The notes under the pieces were generated by a model. It had not been told where the DNA came from. It did no database searches and saw only the letters and a program-made list of their open reading frames with translations. A stretch of 32,000 nucleotides of DNA from Desulfobulbus propionicus DSM 2032 (lineage in GTDB: Bacteria; Desulfobacterota; Desulfobulbia; Desulfobulbales; Desulfobulbaceae): positions 720,001-752,000 of the forward strand of contig NC_014972.1 in assembly GCF_000186885.1 (NCBI RefSeq). The letters run 5' to 3'. Both the position numbers and the translations under genes were made by a program. Positions within the stretch are counted from its first letter, which is position 1; each line of letters opens with the position of its first letter. Of the stretch, positions 9,628 through 18,569 are shown in pieces.

Positions 9628-10116
9628 ATGCGCATTCTAGGCATTGATCCCGGCTCGCGGGTAACCGGTTACGGCGTGATCGCCGCCAGGGGACATGAGA
9701 TCGGTTTTGTTGCCTGCGGCACCATTCGTACCGGCGAGGAAAGCGATTTCTCCCGCCGCCTGCTGACCATCTTTGAGGATCTCTGTGAGGTGATCAGTCT
9801 CCATCAACCGTCGGTTGCCGCCGTGGAGGATATGTTTGTCGACCGCAATCCGCGTTCGGCCCTCAAACTCGGCCATGCGCGCGGCGCGGCGGTGGTGGCG
9901 GCCCTGCACAACAAGCTGACGGTATTCGATTATCCGGCCCGCAAGGTCAAGCAGGCAGTTGCCGGCTATGGGCAGGCGGAAAAGGGACAGGTGCAGCACA
10001 TGGTGCGCACCCTGTTGCAGTTGGATGCCACCCCGTCAAAGGATGCAGCCGACGCTCTGGCCGTGGCCATCTGCCATGCGCACCATGCCGCCTTCAACCG
10101 GGGAGGGGGGGGATGA
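9628..10116 (+). CDS. ruvC: Holliday junction resolvase RuvC
   Basis: MRILGIDPGSRVTGYGVI...AVEDMFVDRNPRSALKLGHARGAAV...DAADALAVAICHAHH. Confidence 0.97.
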   Translation: MRILGIDPGSRVTGYGVIAARGHEIGFVACGTIRTGEESDFSRRLLTIFEDLCEVISLHQPSVAAVEDMFVDRNPRSALKLGHARGAAVVAALHNKLTVFDYPARKVKQAVAGYGQAEKGQVQHMVRTLLQLDATPSKDAADALAVAICHAHHAAFNRGGGG

Positions 10117-10168
10117 GTCCGATGTCGCCCCTTTCCCTTTCCGTATCGTTGTTTTCCCTTGCTTGCCC

Positions 10169-10795
10169 ATGATAGCCTCCTTAAGCGGTCTCGTTCAGTG
10201 GAAAGGACCCAACATGGCGATCCTTGATGTCAACGGCGTCGGATACGAGCTGTGTATTTCCGTCCGCACCTATGATGCCCTGCCGGAGGTGGGCGGAACC
10301 TGTTTTCTCCTGGTGCAGACCGTGGTCAGGGAAGACGCGATCAGCCTGTACGGGTTCAGCAGGAAAGAAGAAAAGGACCTGTTTCTCCTGCTGATCACCG
10401 TTTCCGGCATTGGGCCGAAATTGGCCCAGACCATCCTTTCCGGCATTGGGGTGGAGGCGCTCTGTGGGGCAATCACCGCCAAGGACTTGTCCCAGTTGAC
10501 CGCCCTGCCCGGCGTGGGCAAGAAGACGGCTCAGCGTCTGTGCGTGGAGTTGGGGGAAAAGGTTGGCGGAATCGGCGCGGGCCTGGCAATCGAGGGCACC
10601 CCGCCCCTGGTTGCTCCAGCGGGCGATTCCCAGGTAATGGCCGATGCGGCCTCGGCCCTGATCAATCTCGGCTATCCGCAGGCCATCGCGTGGCAGGCGT
10701 TGCGAAACGTCGAGCAGCAGTTGCCGCCGGGAACGGATGCGCCCCGCGTGGAGGAACTGATTCGCCAGGCCCTGCGCTCGCTTGCCGGAAAATAA
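10169..10795 (+). CDS. ruvA: Holliday junction DNA helicase subunit RuvA
   Basis: MIASLSGLVQWKGPNMAILDVNGVGYEL..., HhH motifs VSGIGPKLAQTILS and LPGVGKKTAQRLCVEL. The start is internal to the track ORF 9959..10795 and in frame with it. Confidence 0.95.
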   Translation: MIASLSGLVQWKGPNMAILDVNGVGYELCISVRTYDALPEVGGTCFLLVQTVVREDAISLYGFSRKEEKDLFLLLITVSGIGPKLAQTILSGIGVEALCGAITAKDLSQLTALPGVGKKTAQRLCVELGEKVGGIGAGLAIEGTPPLVAPAGDSQVMADAASALINLGYPQAIAWQALRNVEQQLPPGTDAPRVEELIRQALRSLAGK

Positions 10796-10828
10796 CGGGG
10801 AAGCGATGGATCGGTTTGAGGAGAGGGC

Positions 10829-11896
10829 ATGAAGCGTGAGGAGCACCTGACCGGCAAGCGATTAGTCGCCGGCGGCGAACATCCGGAGGATCTGGGCATC
10901 GGAACGGAAATTCGGCCGCGGCGATTGGAGGAATACATCGGCCAGGATCAGGTCAAGCAGAGCCTGCGGGTGTTCATCCAGGCTGCCCTGCAGCGGGGCG
11001 AACCCCTGGATCATGTTCTCTTCCACGGCTTTCCCGGACTCGGCAAAACCACTCTGGCCTACATCATCGCCAACGAGATGGGGGCGGGCATCAAGGTGAC
11101 CTCCGGGCCGGTGATCGAGCGACCCGGCGACCTGGCCGCCATCCTCACCAGCCTGCAAGCCGGCGATGTCCTGTTCATCGATGAAATTCATCGTCTCAAC
11201 CATGTGGTCGAGGAGATCCTCTATCCGGCCATGGAGGATTTTCAGCTTGACCTGGTGATCGGCCAGGGGCCGGGGGCACGGTCAGTGAAAATGGACCTGC
11301 CGCGTTTCACCCTGGTCGGCGCCACCACCCGCACCGGCCTGCTCACCCCGCCTCTGCGGGATCGCTTCGGTGTTGTGCTCCGACTGGAGTACTACAGCCC
11401 GGAGCAACTGGTGACCATCATTCAGCGCACGGCCCGCCTGTTCAGGATCGAAATCGACGAGGACGGCGCGATGGAACTGGGGCGCCGCTCGCGGGGCACG
11501 CCGCGGATCGCCAATCGGTTGCTCCGTCGGGTCCGCGATTTTTCCGAGGTGGGGGGGCACCGGGTCGTGACTCGGGAGGTGGCCGACGCGGCCCTGACCA
11601 TGCTCAATGTCGATCCGCTCGGCCTGGACGAGATGGATCGACGAATCCTCTTGACCCTGATCGAGAAATTCCAGGGCGGCCCCATTGGTCTGGAAACCCT
11701 GTCCACCGCCGTCTGCGAGGAAAAAACCACGCTTGAGGATGTCTACGAGCCGTTTCTCATTCAATCCGGTTTCCTTGTCCGCACCCCCCGGGGGCGAATG
11801 GCCACCGCCGCCGCCTACGAGCATTTCCGGCTGCCCCTCGCGCCGCCGGCCACACCGCAGCCAAACCTGTTTGATCTTTCGTTGAAAAAATCCTGA
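10829..11896 (+). CDS. ruvB: Holliday junction DNA helicase subunit RuvB
   Basis: [67 protein letters not shown]. Confidence 0.98.
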   Translation: MKREEHLTGKRLVAGGEHPEDLGIGTEIRPRRLEEYIGQDQVKQSLRVFIQAALQRGEPLDHVLFHGFPGLGKTTLAYIIANEMGAGIKVTSGPVIERPGDLAAILTSLQAGDVLFIDEIHRLNHVVEEILYPAMEDFQLDLVIGQGPGARSVKMDLPRFTLVGATTRTGLLTPPLRDRFGVVLRLEYYSPEQLVTIIQRTARLFRIEIDEDGAMELGRRSRGTPRIANRLLRRVRDFSEVGGHRVVTREVADAALTMLNVDPLGLDEMDRRILLTLIEKFQGGPIGLETLSTAVCEEKTTLEDVYEPFLIQSGFLVRTPRGRMATAAAYEHFRLPLAPPATPQPNLFDLSLKKS

Positions 11897-12074
11897 CCAT
11901 TCTCCGGTCGCCGTTCTTTTTTTCCTCCGTTTTCCTCCTTGCTGTCCGGTCCGCGCGGTGCGCAGCGTCGCTCGCCGGCCTGACGGCGTCACCACGGGCA
12001 GGTTTTTTCCTCTCGAAAAAGGTCGTCGCTTAAAACGGTTAGTCGGCGGCGAACAAAAAACGACAGGCCCTTCC

Positions 12075-12103
12075 TTGATTTTTACCATCGAAACCTCTTT
12101 AAT
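12075..12103 (+). promoter_or_regulatory. Candidate sigma70-like promoter for the accessory locus
   Basis: TTGATT (12075-12080) - 17 bp - TTTAAT (12098-12103), ~120 bp upstream of the first gene of the locus. Confidence 0.35.
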
Positions 12104-12221
12104 TTCCTTACACTGCTTTGCCGCCTGCCCAATTGGATGGCAGGGCTTGGTGGTGCGACCGTTTGCTGCTTTGTCCCCCCTGCCGAAGGGGTCCTGTGAA
12201 CTCTTGTTGAGGCCAAACGCC

Positions 12222-13829
12222 ATGCGACAGCATTTCCTCCGGTACGCATTTTTTGTTGCCCTGTTCCTCGCGCTTGCTTTCGGGCAAGGTTCTGGTGCGG
12301 CGGAACAGCCCTCTGGCTCTCGGCCGCCAGCCAACGATGTTCTCCTGCCCATGCCGGGCGGCCGGACCATGGCCTTTAGGCCGGTCTGCATCGGGGAAGG
12401 AGGGGGATCCTACGCCTGGAAGCGGTTTCGTGTCGGCGATCCCGCAGGCGGCTACAAGGAATCGCCAACCGGAGTGGCGATCGGCGGAGCCTTCAAGGTC
12501 GGTTCATCGGCGTCGGAAGATTGGTGTTACTTCATCGGCAAGCATGAAGTGACCGAGGATCAGGTGTTTGCCGTGCTTCAGACGCCCAAGGAATTTGAAA
12601 ACAGTCAACTGCCGGTACGGAATCTGTCCTGGTTCGAGGCCTCGGACTTCATCAGGAAATACAATGAGTGGTTGAATGGCAATGCGCAAAAGGACCTGCC
12701 GATCCATGGCGGAGTTCCCGGCTTCCTGCGCCTGCCGACCGAATTTGAGTGGGAGTTTGCCGCCCGTGGCGGCAGCGAGGTGGACGCCGCCGGATTCGAT
12801 CGAAAAATGCCTTACCCTCCCGAGCGGCTGGCTGAATACGAATGGTTCGCCGGGCCCTCCTCGTCCCATAACAAGGTGCAAAAGGTGGGCCTGCTCAAGC
12901 CCAATGTCCTGGGGATCCACGACATGCTTGGCAATGTGGCCGAGATGACCGGCACCCTCTACCAGATCGAGTATTATCAAGGACGCAACGGTGGATATGT
13001 CGCCAAGGGCGGGCATTTTCTCACCGATGCCAATCAACTGCGTTCCTCGATGCGCACGGAGCAGGAATTTTACGCCCAGGATGCAAAAAACAAGACGGTT
13101 GTCCCGGCCAAGAAGGAAACCCTCGGGTTTCGCCCGGTGCTGGCCTCGCTGGTCTTTCCCAACCGGCAAGTCAGCTCACAGATGAGCGAGGATTGGGAGA
13201 TCTACCGTCAGGGGGCGGCGCAAACGCTGCCGGCGGCGACCTCCACCAGTTCAACCAGCGCCAAGGCGCAGGTTTCGGGGACCGATGCCGGCGCGCATCT
13301 GCAACGACTCAAGAAGGCCTTGGCCGATGCGGGCACCATGAGCGCTTCAGTCCAACAAGAGCTCGACCTGCTGGCCGCTTCCCTGAACGACATCCAGTTC
13401 ACCATCAAGCAGGCGGAGCAGGACTCGGCCTACTCCTGGGTCAAGATCGGCGGCGAACAGGCCTTTTTCATCTCCAAGGAAGCGAGGAAATTGCCGATTC
13501 TGGAAAATCTGCTCCAATCCGCCCAGAGTGCGCAGCGGACCGAAGTCGTCGACAAATACAGGGAGCGCGAGATGGAGATCCGGCAGAATATCGACCAGGC
13601 CATGTCCTCCTATACCGAGTCGATTCGCCAGCTTGGCACGGTTTCCGAAACCGCGGTCAACGACGGGTTTGATCGCTATGTCCAGTTTTTGAAAAAGCAC
13701 AACGCCGAACAGCAGATCAACCTGTTGGCAACGGTGCGTCGGCATGCCGGCGAATATCTCAAGGTCAAGCGGACCGACGATGAAACATGGAAAAAACAGT
13801 TGTTTGAATGGGCAAAGGAGAAGCGCTGA
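12222..13829 (+). CDS. Exported SUMF1/formylglycine-generating-enzyme-like (TagR-like) protein with C-terminal coiled coil
   Basis: Signal peptide MRQHFLRYAFFVALFLALAFGQGSGA; SUMF1 landmarks KHEVTEDQVFAVL, LSWFEASDFIRKYNEWL, LRLPTEFEWEFAARGG, LGIHDMLGNVAEMTG, AKGGHF, LGFRPVLA. Start chosen in frame inside track ORF 11958..13829. Confidence 0.8.
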   Translation: MRQHFLRYAFFVALFLALAFGQGSGAAEQPSGSRPPANDVLLPMPGGRTMAFRPVCIGEGGGSYAWKRFRVGDPAGGYKESPTGVAIGGAFKVGSSASEDWCYFIGKHEVTEDQVFAVLQTPKEFENSQLPVRNLSWFEASDFIRKYNEWLNGNAQKDLPIHGGVPGFLRLPTEFEWEFAARGGSEVDAAGFDRKMPYPPERLAEYEWFAGPSSSHNKVQKVGLLKPNVLGIHDMLGNVAEMTGTLYQIEYYQGRNGGYVAKGGHFLTDANQLRSSMRTEQEFYAQDAKNKTVVPAKKETLGFRPVLASLVFPNRQVSSQMSEDWEIYRQGAAQTLPAATSTSSTSAKAQVSGTDAGAHLQRLKKALADAGTMSASVQQELDLLAASLNDIQFTIKQAEQDSAYSWVKIGGEQAFFISKEARKLPILENLLQSAQSAQRTEVVDKYREREMEIRQNIDQAMSSYTESIRQLGTVSETAVNDGFDRYVQFLKKHNAEQQINLLATVRRHAGEYLKVKRTDDETWKKQLFEWAKEKR

Positions 13830-13889
13830 CCGGTTCGTTCAGGGATTGCGCGTTGAAGCCACACAGACGGCGGAGAAAAAGGAGAGCGT

Positions 13890-14558
13890 ATGAACAGGAA
13901 GGTATTGCTTGGCATGGTGCTGTGCACATCACTGGTGATCAACGGATGCGCCAACATCAAGGATGACGGGACCCGGACCAGGGTCGAGGGGACCGGGACC
14001 GGAGCGGCCATCGGCGCGGTGGCCGGAGGTGTGCTGGGACAACTCATCGGCGGAGATACCAAGGCCACCCTGCTGGGTGCGGCCATTGGCGCGGCCGTCG
14101 GCGGGGTGGGCGGGTATGCCTACGGAGATCATGTCGCTGGGCAAAAGGAGAAGTACGCCAAGGAAGAAGAGTGGCTGGAGGCATGCATCGCCCAAGCCAA
14201 GCAAAAGAACCAGGAGCTTGTCGCCTATAATCAGGATTTGTCCCGGCAGATAGCCACCCTGCAGGCAGAGACGGCCTCGCTGAGGAAAAAGGTCAAGGAC
14301 AAGACCGCCCGAACCGCCAAGCTCAAGGAGAACAAGAAGACCGCCGACAACCTGCTCGCCGCGGCGAACAAGGAGCTGGCCTCGGCCAAGACCGAGCTTG
14401 AAGCGCAGAATTCGGTGACAGCGGAAGCTAAAAAAAGCGGCCAGAACGATTATGCGGTGACGTTGGACAGCGAGATCGAAACCCTGAAGGGCAATATCAA
14501 GGAATTGGAACATCGAACCGAAGAGCTGGCCTCCATGTCCGCCAGCATGTCGGTGTAA
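13890..14558 (+). CDS. Glycine-zipper, coiled-coil lipoprotein
   Basis: Lipobox VINGC; glycine zipper GTGTGAAIGAVAGGVLGQLIGG...LLGAAIGAAVGGVGGYAYG; long charged coiled-coil C-terminus. Confidence 0.8.
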   Translation: MNRKVLLGMVLCTSLVINGCANIKDDGTRTRVEGTGTGAAIGAVAGGVLGQLIGGDTKATLLGAAIGAAVGGVGGYAYGDHVAGQKEKYAKEEEWLEACIAQAKQKNQELVAYNQDLSRQIATLQAETASLRKKVKDKTARTAKLKENKKTADNLLAAANKELASAKTELEAQNSVTAEAKKSGQNDYAVTLDSEIETLKGNIKELEHRTEELASMSASMSV

Positions 14559-14574
14559 TCCGAGGAGGGATGAT

Positions 14575-15069
14575 ATGGGAGCAATCCAAACAATGGTGCG
14601 CGCGCTGTGCATCGGCGCGCTGTTGACCGGGTGTGCGGGGCAGACGACCGATCCCCGTCAGGGCGGCCTGTTCAGTTACAATCCCGATGCCTATGAACAG
14701 CGGCTGCGCGACAGACGGGATCAGCTGACCCAGGTGGAACAGGCCAATCAATCGGAGGAGGCCCGAACCTCGGGACTGCGGGCGGAGCAGTCAGCGCAGC
14801 TGGAGGAGAAGGCGGCGCTCGAGCGGCAGCTGAAAAAGCTCTCCTCGTCCATCGCTTCGCTGGAAAAGGATGTCAAGAAAAAACGGGCCGCTACCGCCAC
14901 CCAGCAAAAGGAGCGGCAACGGATTTTGCATGAACTTCAGACACTCCAATCTTCCGCCAGAACTGCCGACGACATGGAAGATCCCGAAGAAAAACGGCTG
15001 GAGTTGGAGCGGTTGAAGGCCAAGCGCGACCAACTGGAAAAAGAGGCGTCCAACCTGATGAAACTGTAG
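14575..15069 (+). CDS. Small coiled-coil lipoprotein
   Basis: Lipobox LLTGC; ~110-residue heptad-like K/E/Q-rich helix; GAGGAGGG Shine-Dalgarno. Confidence 0.72.
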   Translation: MGAIQTMVRALCIGALLTGCAGQTTDPRQGGLFSYNPDAYEQRLRDRRDQLTQVEQANQSEEARTSGLRAEQSAQLEEKAALERQLKKLSSSIASLEKDVKKKRAATATQQKERQRILHELQTLQSSARTADDMEDPEEKRLELERLKAKRDQLEKEASNLMKL

Positions 15070-15081
15070 ACGGCTCGGCGC

Positions 15082-16326
15082 GTGCACCTCCTGCACCTGA
15101 GAACGCCCCGTCCCCCCGGAGACGGGCAAGACGGCGACGGTTCCTGGAAAAAGAGAACGCGCTTGCCGGTGGATGGTGGACGTGAACACCGCGTGCCCCC
15201 GGGGTTCCTCGCGGTTGTTTTCTGTTTTTGGGGATTGGTGATCGGTTGCGGCGCGCGTCCAATCCTGGCGGCACAAGGGGGAATGCCAGAGGAAGTGAGC
15301 GTTCTCGCCTCGGCCATGGAAGCAATTCGAACCCACGGCCTGAATGCGCCGCAGTCGACCCGAAAAATGGTTGACGATATTCTGCGGGCCTATGCCCACA
15401 GCGTCGACGACTATTCCGATTATCTGACGGCAACGGAATATGCCGCCTACCTGCAATCAACCAGTTCCGATTATTTCGGCGTGCAGATGGACCTGCAGAA
15501 ACGGCGCGACACCCTGCTGCTTTTTCCCTTCAGGGGCGGTCTCGCCGAGAAGAGCGGCATTGCGGCGGGTGATGAACTGATCGCGGTCGATGGCGTGCCG
15601 GTCTACGGCAAATCTGTGTATGTGGTGGGTGCTTTGATTCGCGGCACGGAAGGGGAAACGGTGCAGCTGACCCTGCGAACCGGCCGGGCCCTTGCCCGAA
15701 CCGTCACCCTCAGGCGCCAGCGGACCAGGTACCAGTCCGTTTCCTGGACGGCGTTGAATCAAGCCAACAGCATCCAGATAACCCGTTTCACCAAGGACAC
15801 GGAAACCCAGTTGCGCACGCTTCTGGCTCAGATGCCGGACGACGGCACGCCCCTGCTTATCGATGTGCGCGGCAATCAGGGCGGCAGCCTGATCAGCGCC
15901 CGCCAGTGCGCCGATCTCTTCGTGGAGCCGGGCACGGTGCTGTTTCGACTTCGCGATCGGGAGGGCACCAGGGCCATCCTTGCCGAACAGCCAAAGCAGA
16001 CAGCGGCGCGGCTGATCCTGATTCAGGACGGCGGCACGGCGAGCGCGGCCGAGGCCTTTATGGCTGCTCTGCGAAGCGGCGCTGGCGCGCTCACGGTGGG
16101 CTCGACCTCCTACGGCAAGGGGCTTGCCCAACGTTTCCTGCCCCTGTCCGACGGTTCGGCCCTGCTGCTCACCTATGCCGAAATGCTCACGGCGGACAAC
16201 CGGGCTTTCCATGAACGCGGTCTGGTGCCGGACATCGACCTGCCCCGAGAGCTGGCCGTCCGCGATTTCACCCAGGAAAGGGCTGTATCCGCTTTGCTCG
16301 ATTTCATCACGACCAACCAGGACTAA
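15082..16326 (+). CDS. S41 (C-terminal processing) family peptidase with PDZ-like domain, probably exported
   Basis: PDZ-like GGLAEKSGIAAGDELIAVDGVPV; LLIDVRGNQGGSLISARQCADLF; Ser/Lys dyad motifs GGTASAAEAF and TSYGKG. True start uncertain; GTG at 15169 is possible. Confidence 0.85.
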   Translation: MHLLHLRTPRPPGDGQDGDGSWKKRTRLPVDGGREHRVPPGFLAVVFCFWGLVIGCGARPILAAQGGMPEEVSVLASAMEAIRTHGLNAPQSTRKMVDDILRAYAHSVDDYSDYLTATEYAAYLQSTSSDYFGVQMDLQKRRDTLLLFPFRGGLAEKSGIAAGDELIAVDGVPVYGKSVYVVGALIRGTEGETVQLTLRTGRALARTVTLRRQRTRYQSVSWTALNQANSIQITRFTKDTETQLRTLLAQMPDDGTPLLIDVRGNQGGSLISARQCADLFVEPGTVLFRLRDREGTRAILAEQPKQTAARLILIQDGGTASAAEAFMAALRSGAGALTVGSTSYGKGLAQRFLPLSDGSALLLTYAEMLTADNRAFHERGLVPDIDLPRELAVRDFTQERAVSALLDFITTNQD

Positions 16327-16339
16327 GGAGGAGAACCGC

Positions 16340-18565
16340 ATGAGGTTGCACACATTGGCCATGGCGCTTGGGCTGTTCCTGCTGGGAACATTGACGAATC
16401 CGCACGCTGTTTTTTCCGAAACCGGCAGCGCCGACGGCAAGCGCACCCCCTTGAAGATCGAAGGCAAGGAATCCCTTCCCCTGCGCGTACTGTCGCGGGC
16501 CTTTTCTCGGGTCTACAAGGCGCCCGATGGCAACAGCGGCACGGTCGAGGAGAATGTTCCGGCATTTCAGTCCTATTTCGTCTACGCCAAACAGGGCAAT
16601 GACCACGATGCCCGTGTCTGGTACGAAGTCGGCCCCGACAACCGGGGCACGGTGACCGGCTGGATGTCCTCGGATGATGTTTTTGAGTGGAAACAGACCA
16701 TGTGTCTCTCCTATACCCATCCTGAAGGCCGCTACCCGGTCCTCATGTTCGATAAAAAGGAAGAACTGGAGAAGCTGAGCGCCCTGTCCAAGGAGAAGCG
16801 CACCGAGGCGGTGGAAAAATATTATATCGACATTGCCATGGGCGATTTGGCCCCGGATTTTCCCGTGGTCACCATTGAGCCGAAAAAGGCCGTCGACATC
16901 ACCAAGGAGTTCTACCTGCTGCCGATTCTTGAATTCGGCGAGCTTCAGCTGGAAAACCGCGAGGCGCGCATTCTCAAGCTGGCGGCCGTGACCGGAGAAG
17001 GCGCCGCAGCCCGGGAAAGCTCGGATATCCGGACGAACAAGGATTATCTCCAGGAAGCGGTTCAGGACAGTACGACCATCAGCCCCGCAACCCTGGACAA
17101 GTTGGCCATTGACATCGTCTGGGTCATGGACACCACCAATTCGATGATGCCCTACATCACCCAGACCCTGAAGGTGGTCGAGGAGGCTTCCAAACACATC
17201 TCCGCCAATAGCCAGCTTGCCCAGGCGGTCAAGTTCGGTGTCTGGGGCTATCGCGATTCCACCTCCATCCCCGACATCGGCTACAACGTCAAGAATTACA
17301 CGCCGCAGCTGCAAAGCATCGATCAGTTCGTCAGCACGCTGAAGACCGTGGATGTCAGCACGGCGGGATCGCAAGGATATGCCGAGGATGTGTTTTCCGG
17401 AGTGAACGGCGCGGTGGACGAGACCGCCTGGACGCCGAACGCCATCCGGTTCGTCATCCTGGTTGGCGACGCCCCGGCCCATGAAGCGGGCCACAAATGG
17501 AATGCCTCCGGACAAAATCAAGCAACCCTGCGCTCCCTGGCCAACGATCGCAACATTACCCTCTACGCCATCCACATCAAAGATCCCCAGGCGGAACAAT
17601 ATCACGCGACCGCCGCCGAGCAGTTCCAGGTGTTGAGCACCAATAGGGGCGCGGAGGGCGGACCGGCCTACTACAGTACGTCATCAGCGGATTTGCTCGG
17701 TTTTGAGCACGTGACCAAGAGCGTGACCGATTCGATCATCGGGTTTCTTGAAAAGGTCGACCAGGAGAAGAACAAGGCCCTGACCGCTGCCGTCGACAAG
17801 GGGGGGGCAAAAGCCGCGGCCAGCACCAAAGGATCGGATTTTGACGTCACCCTGTCTGAAGGCGAGACGGGCAAGCACGGGGGGGACGCCCCGCCTTCGG
17901 CCAAGACCGCAACGGCCTCGGCGCCGGAAAAGAGCGTCAACTTGGATCTGTTCGAGGAAGGGCAGGCTGCCCCCTCATCCAAGGAGCCGGCCGCGCAACC
18001 CACCCCCCAGTCGCTGGCCAACGCGGCCCTGAAGGCGGCCTTTGTCCAGTGGATCGGATCCCAGGCAGGGGCACAGGCCCCACGCGATGTTGTCGCCTGG
18101 GTCACCGACAAGGACCTGCTCACCACCGATATCCAATCCCTGGAAGTGCGGCTCTTGATCAACAAACGGCAGCTCGATAGCCTGCGGGAAACCCTGAAAA
18201 CGATCCTGGCCGCCGGGCGCAAGGGCCAGATCAGCGGCGAGGATTTCTTTTCCTCCCTGCAGGCCGCAGCCGCCACTACGGCCCGCGACCCGGAGATGAT
18301 CAAGCGGGCCTCATCCCTGTCGCAGAGCGGTCTGATCCCGGAATTCCTCTCCGGCCTGCCCTACAAGAGCCGCATCATGGACATGAACAACGAGCTCTGG
18401 AGCAGCTGGTCGGTGGACGAGCAGGATATGTTCCTCGCCGATCTGGAAGCGCGGATCATGGCCTATGAAACCATCCATGACGGACCGGAAGGCTGGGTAC
18501 GGCTCAACAAGAGCGATGATCCCAGCGAGTACGTCTATCCGATCAGCCTGGAACTGCTGCCCTGA
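16340..18565 (+). CDS. Exported VWA-domain protein with N-terminal SH3-like region, resembling the C-terminal region of PpkA
   Basis: Signal peptide MRLHTLAMALGLFLLGTLTNPHAVFS; SH3-like WYEVGPDNRGTVTGWMSSDDVFEWKQTMCLSYTHPEGRYPVLMF; MIDAS-like DIVWVMDTTNSMMPYI; FVILVGDAPAH. AAGGAGGA Shine-Dalgarno upstream of ATG 16340. No kinase domain. Confidence 0.8.
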   Translation: MRLHTLAMALGLFLLGTLTNPHAVFSETGSADGKRTPLKIEGKESLPLRVLSRAFSRVYKAPDGNSGTVEENVPAFQSYFVYAKQGNDHDARVWYEVGPDNRGTVTGWMSSDDVFEWKQTMCLSYTHPEGRYPVLMFDKKEELEKLSALSKEKRTEAVEKYYIDIAMGDLAPDFPVVTIEPKKAVDITKEFYLLPILEFGELQLENREARILKLAAVTGEGAAARESSDIRTNKDYLQEAVQDSTTISPATLDKLAIDIVWVMDTTNSMMPYITQTLKVVEEASKHISANSQLAQAVKFGVWGYRDSTSIPDIGYNVKNYTPQLQSIDQFVSTLKTVDVSTAGSQGYAEDVFSGVNGAVDETAWTPNAIRFVILVGDAPAHEAGHKWNASGQNQATLRSLANDRNITLYAIHIKDPQAEQYHATAAEQFQVLSTNRGAEGGPAYYSTSSADLLGFEHVTKSVTDSIIGFLEKVDQEKNKALTAAVDKGGAKAAASTKGSDFDVTLSEGETGKHGGDAPPSAKTATASAPEKSVNLDLFEEGQAAPSSKEPAAQPTPQSLANAALKAAFVQWIGSQAGAQAPRDVVAWVTDKDLLTTDIQSLEVRLLINKRQLDSLRETLKTILAAGRKGQISGEDFFSSLQAAAATTARDPEMIKRASSLSQSGLIPEFLSGLPYKSRIMDMNNELWSSWSVDEQDMFLADLEARIMAYETIHDGPEGWVRLNKSDDPSEYVYPISLELLP

Positions 18566-18569
18566 CCCA

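Noticed and set aside
11958-12221. N-terminal extension of the SUMF1-like ORF as given in the track
   Set aside because: The 88-residue extension is not signal-like, while ATG 12222 directly gives a clean signal peptide.
11282-12391. 369-aa minus-strand ORF spanning the ruvB end and the gap before the accessory locus
   Set aside because: Mostly antisense to ruvB; the part in the gap has low-complexity Arg/Lys-rich sequence and no supported start.
16307-17605. Long antisense ORF (432 aa, minus strand)
   Set aside because: Lies entirely over the plus-strand S41/VWA coding region. No recognisable family or sensible composition; typical shadow ORF of high-GC DNA.
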